Shown here one piece after another: positions 51,418 to 64,000 of a DNA stretch of 64,000 bases (its first letter is position 1; the number at the start of each line of letters is the position of its first letter). Below the pieces are notes generated by a model. That model was given only the letters and a program-made list of their open reading frames with translations. It ran no database searches and was not told where the DNA came from. This stretch comes from Haliotis cracherodii. Its lineage: Eukaryota. The stretch is taken from the NCBI RefSeq assembly GCF_022045235.1, contig NW_027266308.1:13888001-13952000 (forward strand), written 5' to 3'. The position numbers and the translations under genes are program-made.

Positions 51418-53399
51418 ATGAAAGTAACACTGGTTCTCGTCATTGTCAGCACTATTATTGGTGAGTTGAAGATACTTAGGGCTTTTTATTAGTTAAGTTA
51501 GTGTCTACGTTAGCCGATGAGATTTGTTCTGTTCATGTTATTTTTATAATGATAATAGTTCATATTATTCATAGATAATATTATTAATTTGCATTGCGCC
51601 TTTTTCCATGCTGGATATCAATGCGTTTTATTTCAGCTCCCTGGGCAATATATAACCTGATCTGCCTATGAGGCACTAGAAGACTAATTGTCACATAACC
51701 ACCTCACCGAAAGGGGAACCCAATCTGAGTGAACAGAGGCATGTTTCGAACAAAGGCACTAGCCTTTGGAAAACACCACATGTACTACTTGGGCTACAGT
51801 GTTGGGCAGGTCCAAGAAACTCTTAGGAAAAAAAAAGCTGCCAAACACGCTCAGCCATCCAATTGCTTTCTTCCACAAACTGTGCTTAAAGCCTTGACCT
51901 GTGACCTCCAAACAGGATCACGTGCCCCAACTTCTAATGAGATATTGTTTCTTTCGTTCAGCTGTGATCGACAGCGAGCCTTGCAGGGATGACAACGACT
52001 GTATCCACACGGTATGTGATAGTACCGGAAGGCTTGCCTGCTCTCATGACATATGTACCTGTCTGGTTGCAGCCAATAGCTGCATCACAGGTAAGTCAGT
52101 TTACAAAATAGTGACCATAATAACTGCAGGCAACATATTTCATATGTGAAGGTTTTATTTAGGCATCTGGAAAGGTTCTCCTACAAGAAAAGGTGGTGAC
52201 TATAAGTCAATAAACAAATTGGGTTTCACGCCGCTGATATAATATTTCAGACAAATGTAGAAGGAACGACAAATATGATACAGAACTAAGATGATTACCA
52301 TTTTGTTGAAACCATTGGCAATACAAAAAACACAATCATGGCGAATCTGAGATTCAAACCCACTACTAACGTAGCGTCAGCAAAACCCTTGCACAAAACT
52401 GCAAATAAGACATGCCCTTTAAATACAAGCCTGCATCAAATGAATGATGGAATCTAGTTCAAACCTCTGACAAATGTTTTTGTCCTGTGTTGTTAAGAAG
52501 GAGGTTTATATTGCAGAAACTTGCAGAGACCGCCCTGACTGCGACACCTGCATCTGTAGAGACACCCATGAAGAACACCACTGCTTCGACGGCCGCTGCC
52601 TATGTGGACGTATGGCACCTGTCGGCCCTGGTGGACCTGGCGGACCTGGCGTGTAAGTAACCATAATTACCGCCGGAGGTTGTCAGGCATAGTTTTGGTT
52701 GCTACACTTGAATCAGTTTGACGTTTCATTGGCTTTTTAATTACTGTCGAAAGAAAGTTGATGAATTTGTTTGCTTTTTCTGATTGTTTGGTTTTATGTC
52801 AGGGGCAAATGTCTAAATTTAGCCTGAATGTGATTTGGGACGTCAACGCTTTGATAGTGTTGGTTCAGAATGTTGGTGAAACACAATATTAGGAATATGA
52901 TTTTAGTCGTGCATTTGTTGGTAAAACATACACAGTCGTCTTTGTATGGCATGGATATTTGTCTCATCTCATTGCAGTGGTAATACTTAAATCATTCGAC
53001 ATATAGTAACACTATATCAGTCCTGTTTGTTTGTTTGTTTGTTTGTTTGTTGTTTAACGCCGCACTCAGCAATAGTCCAGCTATACGACGGCGGTTTATA
53101 GCAGTCCTATGCTATGTGTTTGGATATATGGTAAATAATGTAAATGTAAAACGTCGACTTTTAGCAATCAGTATCGATCATCTACCTAAACAGATTTCAT
53201 TGGGCGTAAAAGGCAAAATTGCAGTGAAAATTATATGAATGGATCACTGAAAATTAATGATGACCCCAGGGGTTCGTTCCGCAAAACGATTGCCATCCAC
53301 ATCCATATTATAGTTCTTACTCCAATTCAATTTCTTACGAAATATTCAATTTTGAAAATGCCACTTTTCATCTACCTTTTTAATTTCAGAGGTAAATAA
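51418..53399 (+). CDS. Copy 9; join(51418..51460,51962..52090,52517..52652,53390..53399)
   Basis: Same structure; intron 1 is 2 nt longer (A-run); intron 2 acceptor is TTGCAG instead of TTTCAG. Confidence 0.87.
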
Positions 53400-54965
53400 A
53401 TCCTGAAAGGAGGAAAACCCATGGAAATTATTCCTACCTTGTTGGATACATACATGTACACATGTGAAATAAACCTACTACTACCATTTACTGGTTTGTT
53501 TTGATGCTGAATATGTTTACTCTTATTGAATTGATGCGTTACCTGCTTATACCTATGGAGAACATCCTGTGGTTATTCCGTGTTTCTAACCTATCCTCGT
53601 CAGATCAAGATACAATGTTCGGATCTGGATTGGCTAGATTTACGTGATGTCGATTTTCATACAGTCGCGACTCTCAAAGGGACGACATGTATTGGGTGGA
53701 CAGGCCCGGTGGCTTAGTTGATTGATCAACCGATGATCTGTCTGCTTCATATTCGACACATGCCCAAATGGTGTAAGTAAACCTTCGATTGGTAGGTTGG
53801 TTTGTTGTTTAACGCCGCACTCAGCATTATATCAGGTGTATGACGGCGGTCTGTAAATAATCGAGTCTGGACCAGACAATCCAGTGATTAACATCATAAG
53901 CATCGATCCACGCATTTGGGATCGATGACCTGCATCAAGTCAGCAAGCCTGACCACCCGATCCCGTTAGTCGCCTTTTACGACAAGCATAGTCACCTTTT
54001 TACGGCAAGCATGGTTTGCTGAAGACCCCGGAATCTTCGCGGGACTGAAAACCTTAGTGACAACATTGCTGGGATACAAAAGATCGATTTCATGAACCTT
54101 GGCGTTTCGAAATTATTGTAAATAAAAGCGACAGAGGACAATTCCTTAATCAATGGAAATCTCTATTTAAAGTTTCCAACTAAATCATAAGGTTGTGTTT
54201 ACGAGTGATGAAAGTGCAGCCGTTTCGTGAAAAATTATGTACTTTGTGGTGAAAACATGAAACTTAGTACAGTCGTAGGTGATGACATTCGAAATAGTTA
54301 AAGATATGGGGCCACCCAAAAAATCCAACATGGCCTCCTCAGAGTGAGTGAGTGAGTGAGTGAGTGAGTGAGTGAGTGAGTTGGGTTTAACGCCGCTTTT
54401 AACATTATTCCAGTTATATCACGGCGTGTCAGCTTAATGTGGGAGGAAAGCCCGAAGTGATGCAGGTCTCAGACGTTTACCACTTCTGTGAAACCCACGA
54501 GCACGGGTATGGTGCTGACAATAGACGCGGCCGGGGATCGAACCCCGGACCTTCCGCTCTCCGGGCCGACGCTCTACGAATAGACCACGGAGGCGGTCAG
54601 ATACAATTGAAACATGTAGAAAAAATCGTGTAATTATTGCGTGACTTTCTTTTTATATATATACACGATTGCCATCCTTGCCATTTCTTATATATAAAAT
54701 CGTGTTGTCTATATATTTGTAGGACCATGAACATGACTAGATAGCTATCGTGGGTCATCAGATCCCCACAAATGAACCTGTTATCTACATTTCATGACAT
54801 AACCGCGCACGGGAACATTAGTCCTGCGTGCACCTGCTGTGCGCAGAATCACAACATCGTGACTGGCTGACAGGGTTGGTGTTGGTATCATTTGAAACAG
54901 AAAGTATATAAGAGGACCAACCAAATGAAGACTTTACTTTGAAAGCTTTTCGCTTAACTCCAGAC

Positions 54966-56945
54966 ATGAAAGTAACACTGGTTCTCGTCATTGTCAGCAC
55001 TATTATTGGTGAGTTGAAGATACTTAGGGCTTTTTATTAGTTAAGTTAGTGTCTACGTTAGCCGATGAGATTTGTTCTGTTCATGTTATTTTTATAATGA
55101 TAATAGTTCATATTATTCATAGATAATATTATTAATTTGCATTGCGCCTTTTTCCATGCTGGATATCAATGCGTTTTATTTCAGCTCCCTGGGCAATATA
55201 TAACCTGATCTGCCTATGAGGCACTAGAAGACTAATTGTCACATAACCACCTCACCGAAAGGGGAACCCAATCTGAGTGAACAGAGGCATGTTTCGAACA
55301 AAGGCACTAGCCTTTGGAAAACACCACATGTACTACTTGGGCTACAGTGTTGGGCAGGTCCAAGAAACTCTTAGGAAACAAAGCTGCCAAACACGCTCAG
55401 CCATCCAATTGCTTTCTTCCACAAACTGTGCTTAAAGCCTTGACCTGTGACCTCCAAACAGGATCACGTGCCCCAACTTCTAATGAGATATTGTTTCTTT
55501 CGTTCAGCTGTGATCGACAGCGAGCCTTGCAGGGATGACAACGACTGTATCCACACGGTATGTGATAGTACCGGAAGGCTTGCCTGCTCTCATGACATAT
55601 GTACCTGTCTGGTTGCAGCCAATAGCTGCATCACAGGTAAGTCAGTTTACAAAATAGTGACCATAATAACTGCAGGCAACATATTTCATATGTGAAGGTT
55701 TTATTTAGGCATCTGGAAAGGTTCTCCTACAAGAAAAGGTGGTGACTATAAGTCAATAAACAAATTGGGTTTCACGCCGCTGATATAATATTTCAGACAA
55801 ATGTAGAAGGAACGACAAATATGATACAGAACTAAGATGATTACCATTTTGTTGAAACCATTGGCAATACAAAAAACACAATCATGGCGAATCTGTGATT
55901 CAAACCCACTACTAACGTAGCGTCAGCAAAACCCTTGCACAAAACTGCAAATAAGACATGCCCTTTAAATACAAGCCTGCATCAAATGAATGATGGAATC
56001 TAGTTCAAACCTCTGACAAATGTTTTTGTCCTGTGTTGTTAAGAAGGAGGTTTATATTTCAGAAACTTGCAGAGACCGCCCTGACTGCGACACCTGCATC
56101 TGTAGAGACACCCATGAAGAACACCACTGCTTCGACGGCCGCTGCCTATGTGGACGTATGGCACCTGTCGGCCCTGGTGGACCTGGCGGACCTGGCGTGT
56201 AAGTAACCATAATTACCGCCGGAGGTTGTCAGGCATAGTTTTGGTTGCTACACTTGAATCAGTTTGACGTTTCATTGGCTTTTTAATTACTGTCGAAAGA
56301 AAGTTGATGAATTTGTTTGCTTTTTCTGATTGTTTGGTTTTATGTCAGGGGCAAATGTCTAAATTTAGCCTGAATGTGATTTGGGACGTCAACGCTTTGA
56401 TAGTGTTGGTTCAGAATGTTGGTGAAACACAATATTAGGAATATGATTTTAGTCGTGCATTTGTTGGTAAAACATACACAGTCGTCTTTGTATGGCATGG
56501 ATATTTGTCTCATCTCATTGCAGTGGTAATACTTAAATCATTCGACATATAGTAACACTATATCAGTCCTGTTTGTTTGTTTGTTTGTTTGTTTGTTGTT
56601 TAACGCCGCACTCAGCAATAGTCCAGCTATACGACGGCGGTTTATAGCAGTCCTATGCTATGTGTTTGGATATATGGTAAATAATGTAAATGTAAAACGT
56701 CGACTTTTAGCAATCAGTATCGATCATCTACCTAAACAGATTTCATTGGGCGTAAAAGGCAAAATTGCAGTGAAAATTATATGAATGGATCACTGAAAAT
56801 TAATGATGACCCCAGGGGTTCGTTCCGCAAAACGATTGCCATCCACATCCATATTATAGTTCTTACTCCAATTCAATTTCTTACGAAATATTCAATTTTG
56901 AAAATGCCACTTTTCATCTACCTTTTTAATTTCAGAGGTAAATAA
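54966..56945 (+). CDS. Copy 10; join(54966..55008,55508..55636,56063..56198,56936..56945)
   Basis: Same structure. Confidence 0.87.
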
Positions 56946-58506
56946 ATCCTGAAAGGAGGAAAACCCATGGAAATTATTCCTACCTTGTTGGATACATACA
57001 TGTACACATGTGAAATAAACCTACTACTACCATTTACTGGTTTGTTTTGATGCTGAATATGTTTACTCTTATTGAATTGATGCGTTACCTGCTTATACCT
57101 ATGGAGAACATCCTGTGGTTATTCCGTGTTTCTAACCTATCCTCGTCAGATCAAGATACAATGTTCGGATCTGGATTGGCTAGATTTACGTGATGTCGAT
57201 TTTCATACAGTCGCGACTCTCAAAGGGACGACATGTATTGGGTGGACAGGCCCGGTGGCTTAGTTGATTGATCAACCGATGATCTGTCTGCTTCATACTC
57301 GACACATGCCAAATGGTGTAAGTAAACCTTCGATTGGTAGGTCGGTTTGTTGTTTAACGCCGCACTCAGCATTATATCAGGTGTATGACGGCGGTCTGTA
57401 AATAATCGAGTCTGGACCAGACAATCCAGTGATTAACATCATAAGCATCGATCCACGCATTTGGGATCGATGACCTGCATCAAGTCAGCAAGCCTGACCA
57501 CCCGATCCCGTTAGTCGCCTTTTACGACAAGCATAGTCACCTTTTTACGGCAAGCATGGTTTGCTGAAGACCCCGGAATCTTCGCGGGACTGAAAACCTT
57601 AGTGACAACATTGCTGGGATACAAAAGATCGATTTCATGAACCTTGGCGTTTCGAAAATATTGTAAATAAAAGCGACAGAGGACAATTCCTTAATCAATG
57701 GAAATCTCTATTTAAAGTTTCCAACTAAATCATAAGGTTGTGTTTACGAGTGATGAAAGTGCAGCCGTTTCGTGAAAAATTATGTACTTTGTGGTGAAAA
57801 CATGAAACTTAGTACAGTCGTAGGTGATGACATTCGAAATAGTTAAAGATATGGGGCCACCCAAAAAATCCAACATGGCCTCCTTAGAGTGAGTGAGTGA
57901 GTGAGTGAGTGAGTGAGTGAGTTGGGTTTAACGCCGCTTTTAACATTATTCCAGTTATATCACGGCGTGTCAGCTTAATGTGGGAGGAAAGCCCGAAGTG
58001 ATGCAGGTCTCAGACGTTTACCACTTCTGTGAAACCCACGAGCACGGGTATGGTGCTGACAATAGACGCGGCCGGGGATCAAACCCCGGGCCTTCCGCTC
58101 TCCGGGCCGACGCTCTACGAATAGACCACGGAGGCGGTCAGATACAATTGAAACATGTAGAAAAAATCGTGTAATTATTGCGTGACTTTCTTTTTATATA
58201 TATACACGATTGCCATCCTTCCCATTTCTTATATATAAAATCGTGTTGTCTATATATTTGTAGGACCATGAACATGACTAGATAGCTATCGTGGGTCATC
58301 AGATCCCCACAAATGAACCTGTTATCTACATTTCATGACATAACCGCGCACGGGAACATTAGTCCTGCGTGCACCTGCTGTGCGCAGAATCACAACATCG
58401 TGACTGGCTGACAGGGTTGGTGTTGGTATCATTTGAAACAGAAAGTATATAAGAGGATCAACCAAATGAAGACTTTACTTTGAAAGCTTTTCGCTTAACT
58501 CCAGAC

Positions 58507-60486
58507 ATGAAAGTAACACTGGTTCTCGTCATTGTCAGCACTATTATTGGTGAGTTGAAGATACTTAGGGCTTTTTATTAGTTAAGTTAGTGTCTACGTT
58601 AGCCGATGAGATTTGTTCTGTTCATGTTATTTTTATAATGATAATAGTTCATATTATTCATAGATAATATTATTAATTTGCATTGCGCCTTTTTCCATGC
58701 TGGATATCAATGCGTTTTATTTCAGCTCCCTGGGCAATATATAACCTGATCTGCCTATGAGGCACTAGAAGACTAATTGTCACATAACCACCTCACCGAA
58801 AGGGGAACCCAATCTGAGTGAACAGAGGCATGTTTCGAACAAAGGCACTAGCCTTTGGAAAACACCACATGTACTACTTGGGCTACAGTGTTGGGCAGGT
58901 CCAAGAAACTCTTAGGAAACAAAGCTGCCAAACACGCTCAGCCATCCAATTGCTTTCTTCCACAAACTGTGCTTAACGCCTTGACCTGTGACCTCCAAAC
59001 AGGATCACGTGCCCCAACTTCTAATGAGATATTGTTTCTTTCGTTCAGCTGTGATCGACAGCGAGCCTTGCAGGGATGACAACGACTGTATCCACACGGT
59101 ATGTGATAGTACCGGAAGGCTTGCCTGCTCTCATGACATATGTACCTGTCTGGTTGCAGCCAATAGCTGCATCACAGGTAAGTCAGTTTACAAAATAGTG
59201 ACCATAATAACTGCAGGCAACATATTTCATATGTGAAGGTTTTATTTAGGCATCTGGAAAGGTTCTCCTACAAGAAAAGGTGGTGACTATAAGTCAATAA
59301 ACAAATTGGGTTTCACGCCGCTGATATAATATTTCAGACAAATGTAGAAGGAACGACAAATATGATACAGAACTAAGATGATTACCATTTTGTTGAAACC
59401 ATTGGCAATACAAAAAACACAATCATGGCGAATCTGTGATTCAAACCCACTACTAACGTAGCGTCAGCAAAACCCTTGCACAAAACTGCAAATAAGACAT
59501 GCCCTTTAAATACAAGCCTGCATCAAATGAATGATGGAATCTAGTTCAAACCTCTGACAAATGTTTTTGTCCTGTGTTGTTAAGAAGGAGGTTTATATTT
59601 CAGAAACTTGCAGAGACCGCCCTGACTGCGACACCTGCATCTGTAGAGACACCCATGAAGAACACCACTGCTTCGACGGCCGCTGCCTATGTGGACGTAT
59701 GGCACCTGTCGGCCCTGGTGGACCTGGCGGACCTGGCGTGTAAGTAACCATAATTACCGCCGGAGGTTGTCAGGCATAGTTTTGGTTGCTACACTTGAAT
59801 CAGTTTGACGTTTCATTGGCTTTTTAATTACTGTCGAAAGAAAGTTGATGAATTTGTTTGCTTTTTCTGATTGTTTGGTTTTATGTCAGGGGCAAATGTC
59901 TAAATTTAGCCTGAATGTGATTTGGGACGTCAACGCTTTGATAGTGTTGGTTCAGAATGTTGGTGAAACACAATATTAGGAATATGATTTTAGTCGTGCA
60001 TTTGTTGGTAAAACATACACAGTCGTCTTTGTATGGCATGGATATTTGTCTCATCTCATTGCAGTGGTAATACTTAAATCATTCGACATATAGTAACACT
60101 ATATCAGTCCTGTTTGTTTGTTTGTTTGTTTGTTTGTTGTTTAACGCCGCACTCAGCAATAGTCCAGCTATACGACGGCGGTTTATAGCAGTCCTATGCT
60201 ATGTGTTTGGATATATGGTAAATAATGTAAATGTAAAACGTCGACGTTTAGCAATCAGTATCGATCATCTACCTAAACAGATTTCATTGGGCGTAAAAGG
60301 CAAAATTGCAGTGAAAATTATATGAATGGATCACTGAAAATTAATGATGACCCCAGGGGTTCGTTCCGCAAAACGATTGCCATCCACATCCATATTATAG
60401 TTCTTACTCCAATTCAATTTCTTACGAAATATTCAATTTTGAAAATGCCACTTTTCATCTACCTTTTTAATTTCAGAGGTAAATAA
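58507..60486 (+). CDS. Copy 11; join(58507..58549,59049..59177,59604..59739,60477..60486)
   Basis: Same structure. Confidence 0.87.
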
Positions 60487-62047
60487 ATCCTGAAAGGAGG
60501 AAAACCCATGGAAATTATTCCTACCTTGTTGGATACATACATGTACACATGTGAAATAAACCTACTACTACCATTTACTGGTTTGTTTTGATGCTGAATA
60601 TGTTTACTCTTATTGAATTGATGCGTTACCTGCTTATACCTATGGAGAACATCCTGTGGTTATTCCGTGTTTCTAACCTATCCTCGTCAGATCAAGATAC
60701 AATGTTCGGATCTGGATTGGCTAGATTTACGTGATGTCGATTTTCATACAGTCGCGACTCTCAAAGGGACGACATGTATTGGGTGGACAGGCCCGGTGGC
60801 TTAGTTGATTGATCAACCGATGATCTGTCTGCTTCATACTCGACACATGCCCAAATGGTGTAAGTAAACCTTCGATTGGTAGGTTGGTTTGTTGTTAACG
60901 CCGCACTCAGCATTATATCAGGTGTATGACGGCGGTCTGTAAATAATCGAGTCTGGACCAGACAATCCAGTGATTAACATCATAAGCATCGATCCACGCA
61001 TTTGGGATCGATGACCTGCATCAAGTCAGCAAGCCTGACCACCCGATCCCGTTAGTCGCCTTTTACGACAAGCATAGTCACCTTTTTACGGCAAGCATGG
61101 TTTGCTGAAGACCCCGGAATCTTCGCGGGACTGAAAACCTTAGTGACAACATTGCTGGGATACAAAAGATCGATTTCATGAACCTTGGCGTTTCGAAAAT
61201 ATTGTAAATAAAAGCGACAGAGGACAATTCCTTAATCAATGGAAATCTCTATTTAAAGTTTCCAACTAAATCATAAGGTTGTGTTTACGAGTGATGAAAG
61301 TGCAGCCGTTTCGTGAAAAATTATGTACTTTGTGGTGAAAACATGAAACTTAGTACAGTCGTAGGTGATGACATTCGAAATAGTTAAAGATATGGGGCCA
61401 CCCAAAAAATCCAACATGGCCTCCTTAGAGTGAGTGAGTGAGTGAGTGAGTGAGTGAGTGAGTTGGGTTTAACGCCGCTTTTAACATTATTCCAGTTATA
61501 TCACGGCGTGTCAGCTTAATGTGGGAGGAAAGCCCGAAGTGATGCAGGTCTCAGACGTTTACCACTTCTGTGAAACCCACGAGCACGGGTATGGTGCTGA
61601 CAATAGACGCGGCCGGGGATCGAACCCCGGACCTTCCGCTCTCCGGGCCGACGCTCTACGAATAGACCACGGAGGCGGTCAGATACAATTGAAACATGTA
61701 GAAAAAATCGTGTAATTATTGCGTGACTTTCTTTTTATATATATACACGATTGCCATCCTTGCCATTTCTTATATATAAAATCGTGTTGTCTATATATTT
61801 GTAGGACCATGAACATGACTAGATAGCTATCGTGGGTCATCAGATCCCCACAAATGAACCTGTTATCTACATTTCATGACATAACCGCGCACGGGAACAT
61901 TAGTCCTGCGTGCACCTGCTGTGCGCAGAATCACAACATCGTGACTGGCTGACAGGGTTGGTGTTGGTATCATTTGAAACAGAAAGTATATAAGAGGATC
62001 AACCAAATGAAGACTTTACTTTGAAAGCTTTTCGCTTAACTCCAGAC

Positions 62048-63280
62048 ATGAAAGTAACACTGGTTCTCGTCATTGTCAGCACTATTATTGGTGAGTTGAA
62101 GATACTTAGGGCTTTTTATTAGTTAAGTTAGTGTCTACGTTAGCCGATGAGATTTGTTCTGTTCATGTTATTTTTATAATGATAATAGTTCATATTATTC
62201 ATAGATAATATTATTAATTTGCATTGCGCCTTTTTCCATGCTGGATATCAATGCGTTTTATTTCAGCTCCCTGGGCAATATATAACCTGATCTGCCTATG
62301 AGGCACTAGAAGACTAATTGTCACATAACCACCTCACCGAAAGGGGAACCCAATCTGAGTGAACAGAGGCATGTTTCGAACAAAGGCACTAGCCTTTGGA
62401 AAACACCACATGTACTACTTGGGCTACAGTGTTGGGCAGGTCCAAGAAACTCTTAGGAAACAAAGCTGCCAAACACGCTCAGCCATCCAATTGCTTTCTT
62501 CCACAAACTGTGCTTAAAGCCTTGACCTGTGACCTCCAAACAGGATCACGTGCCCCAACTTCTAATGAGATATTGTTTCTTTCGTTCAGCTGTGATCGAC
62601 AGCGAGCCTTGCAGGGATGACAACGACTGTATCCACACGGTATGTGATAGTACCGGAAGGCTTGCCTGCTCTCATGACATATGTACCTGTCTGGTTGCAG
62701 CCAATAGCTGCATCACAGGTAAGTCAGTTTACAAAATAGTGACCATAATAACTGCAGGCAACATATTTCATATGTGAAGGTTTTATTTAGGCATCTGGAA
62801 AGGTTCTCCTACAAGAAAAGGTGGTGACTATAAGTCAATAAACAAATTGGGTTTCACGCCGCTGATATAATATTTCAGACAAATGTAGAAGGAACGACAA
62901 ATATGATACAGAACTAAGATGATTACCATTTTGTTGAAACCATTGGCAATACAAAAAACACAATCATGGCGAATCTGTGATTCAAACCCACTACTAACGT
63001 AGCGTCAGCAAAACCCTTGCACAAAACTGCAAATAAGACATGCCCTTTAAATACAAGCCTGCATCAAATGAATGATGGAATCTAGTTCAAACCTCTGACA
63101 AATGTTTTTGTCCTGTGTTGTTAAGAAGGAGGTTTATATTTCAGAAACTTGCAGAGACCGCCCTGACTGCGACACCTGCATCTGTAGAGACACCCATGAA
63201 GAACACCACTGCTTCGACGGCCGCTGCCTATGTGGACGTATGGCACCTGTCGGCCCTGGTGGACCTGGCGGACCTGGCGT
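62048..63280 (+). CDS. Copy 12 (partial; exon 4 falls just beyond the window); join(62048..62090,62590..62718,63145..63280)
   Basis: Same structure; the window ends just before the intron-3 acceptor. Confidence 0.85.
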
Positions 63281-64000
63281 GTAAGTAACCATAATTACCG
63301 CCGGAGGTTGTCAGGCATAGTTTTGGTTGCTACACTTGAATCAGTTTGACGTTTCATTGGCTTTTTAATTACTGTCGAAAGAAAGTTGATGAATTTGTTT
63401 GCTTTTTCTGATTGTTTGGTTTTATGTCAGGGGCAAATGTCTAAATTTAGCCTGAATGTGATTTGGGACGTCAACGCTTTGATAGTGTTGGTTCAGAATG
63501 TTGGTGAAACACAATATTAGGAATATGATTTTAGTCGTGCATTTGTTGGTAAAACATACACAGTCGTCTTTGTATGGCATGGATATTTGTCTCATCTCAT
63601 TGCAGTGGTAATACTTAAATCATTCGACATATAGTAACACTATATCAGTCCTGTTTGTTTGTTTGTTTGTTTGTTGTTTAACGCCGCACTCAGCAATAGT
63701 CCAGCTATACGACGGCGGTTTATAGCAGTCCTATGCTATGTGTTTGGATATATGGTAAATAAGGTAAATGTAAAACGTCGACGTTTAGCAATCAGTATCG
63801 ATCATCTACCTAAACAGATTTCATTGGGCGTAAAAGGCAAAATTGCAGTGAAAATTATATGAATGGATCACTGAAAATTAATGATGACCCCAGGGGTTCG
63901 TTCCGCAAAACGATTGCCATCCACATCCATATTATAGTTCTTACTCCAATTCAATTTCTTACGAAATATTCAATTTTGAAAATGCCACTTTTCATCTACC

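Larger units (their letters stand above)
22684..64000 (+). repeat. Tandem gene array: at least 12 units of 3530-3552 bp, running off the window end
   Basis: The same ORF set recurs at 23550, 27096, 30626, 34178, 37722, 41262, 44804, 48349, 51901, 55447, 58988 and 62529. Length differences come mostly from (GAGT)n, (TTTG)n and a 6 bp promoter indel. Confidence 0.99.

Noticed and set aside
22684-64000. CRISPR array, rDNA or histone-cluster interpretation
   Set aside because: No short repeat-spacer structure and no rRNA or histone sequence; the unit is an intron-containing gene.

Overview
AT-rich, intron-containing animal genomic DNA, most likely from a mollusc (inferred from the gene family and the SINE/Penelope repeat types; not proven). 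The window has two parts. (1) 1-22.7 kb is decayed repeat sequence. It holds a ~2.8 kb Penelope-like reverse-transcriptase relic carrying a mariner insertion, present twice in inverted orientation ~16 kb apart. It also holds a Tc1 DD34E element with TIRs, MITEs, SINEs, a ~230 bp fold-back and a pseudogenised exon of the array gene family. (2) ~22.7 kb to the window end is a head-to-tail array of at least 12 near-identical ~3.54 kb units. Each unit carries one 4-exon gene that the ORF track does not assemble: TATA box, signal-peptide exon, two Cys-rich exons, and a terminal exon with 10 coding nt and a polyA signal. It encodes a 105-aa secreted protein with 14 Cys that resembles the molluscan cvSI-2 / MEROPS I84 serine-protease inhibitors, with an extra Cys pair, a (GPG)n tail and a spliced-in Gly-Lys amidation signal. 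SNP and microsatellite patterns show mosaic homogenisation and a 3-unit (~10.64 kb) higher-order duplication. The left edge of the array falls inside a SINE head. Family assignments are by motif recognition only; no database searches were run.
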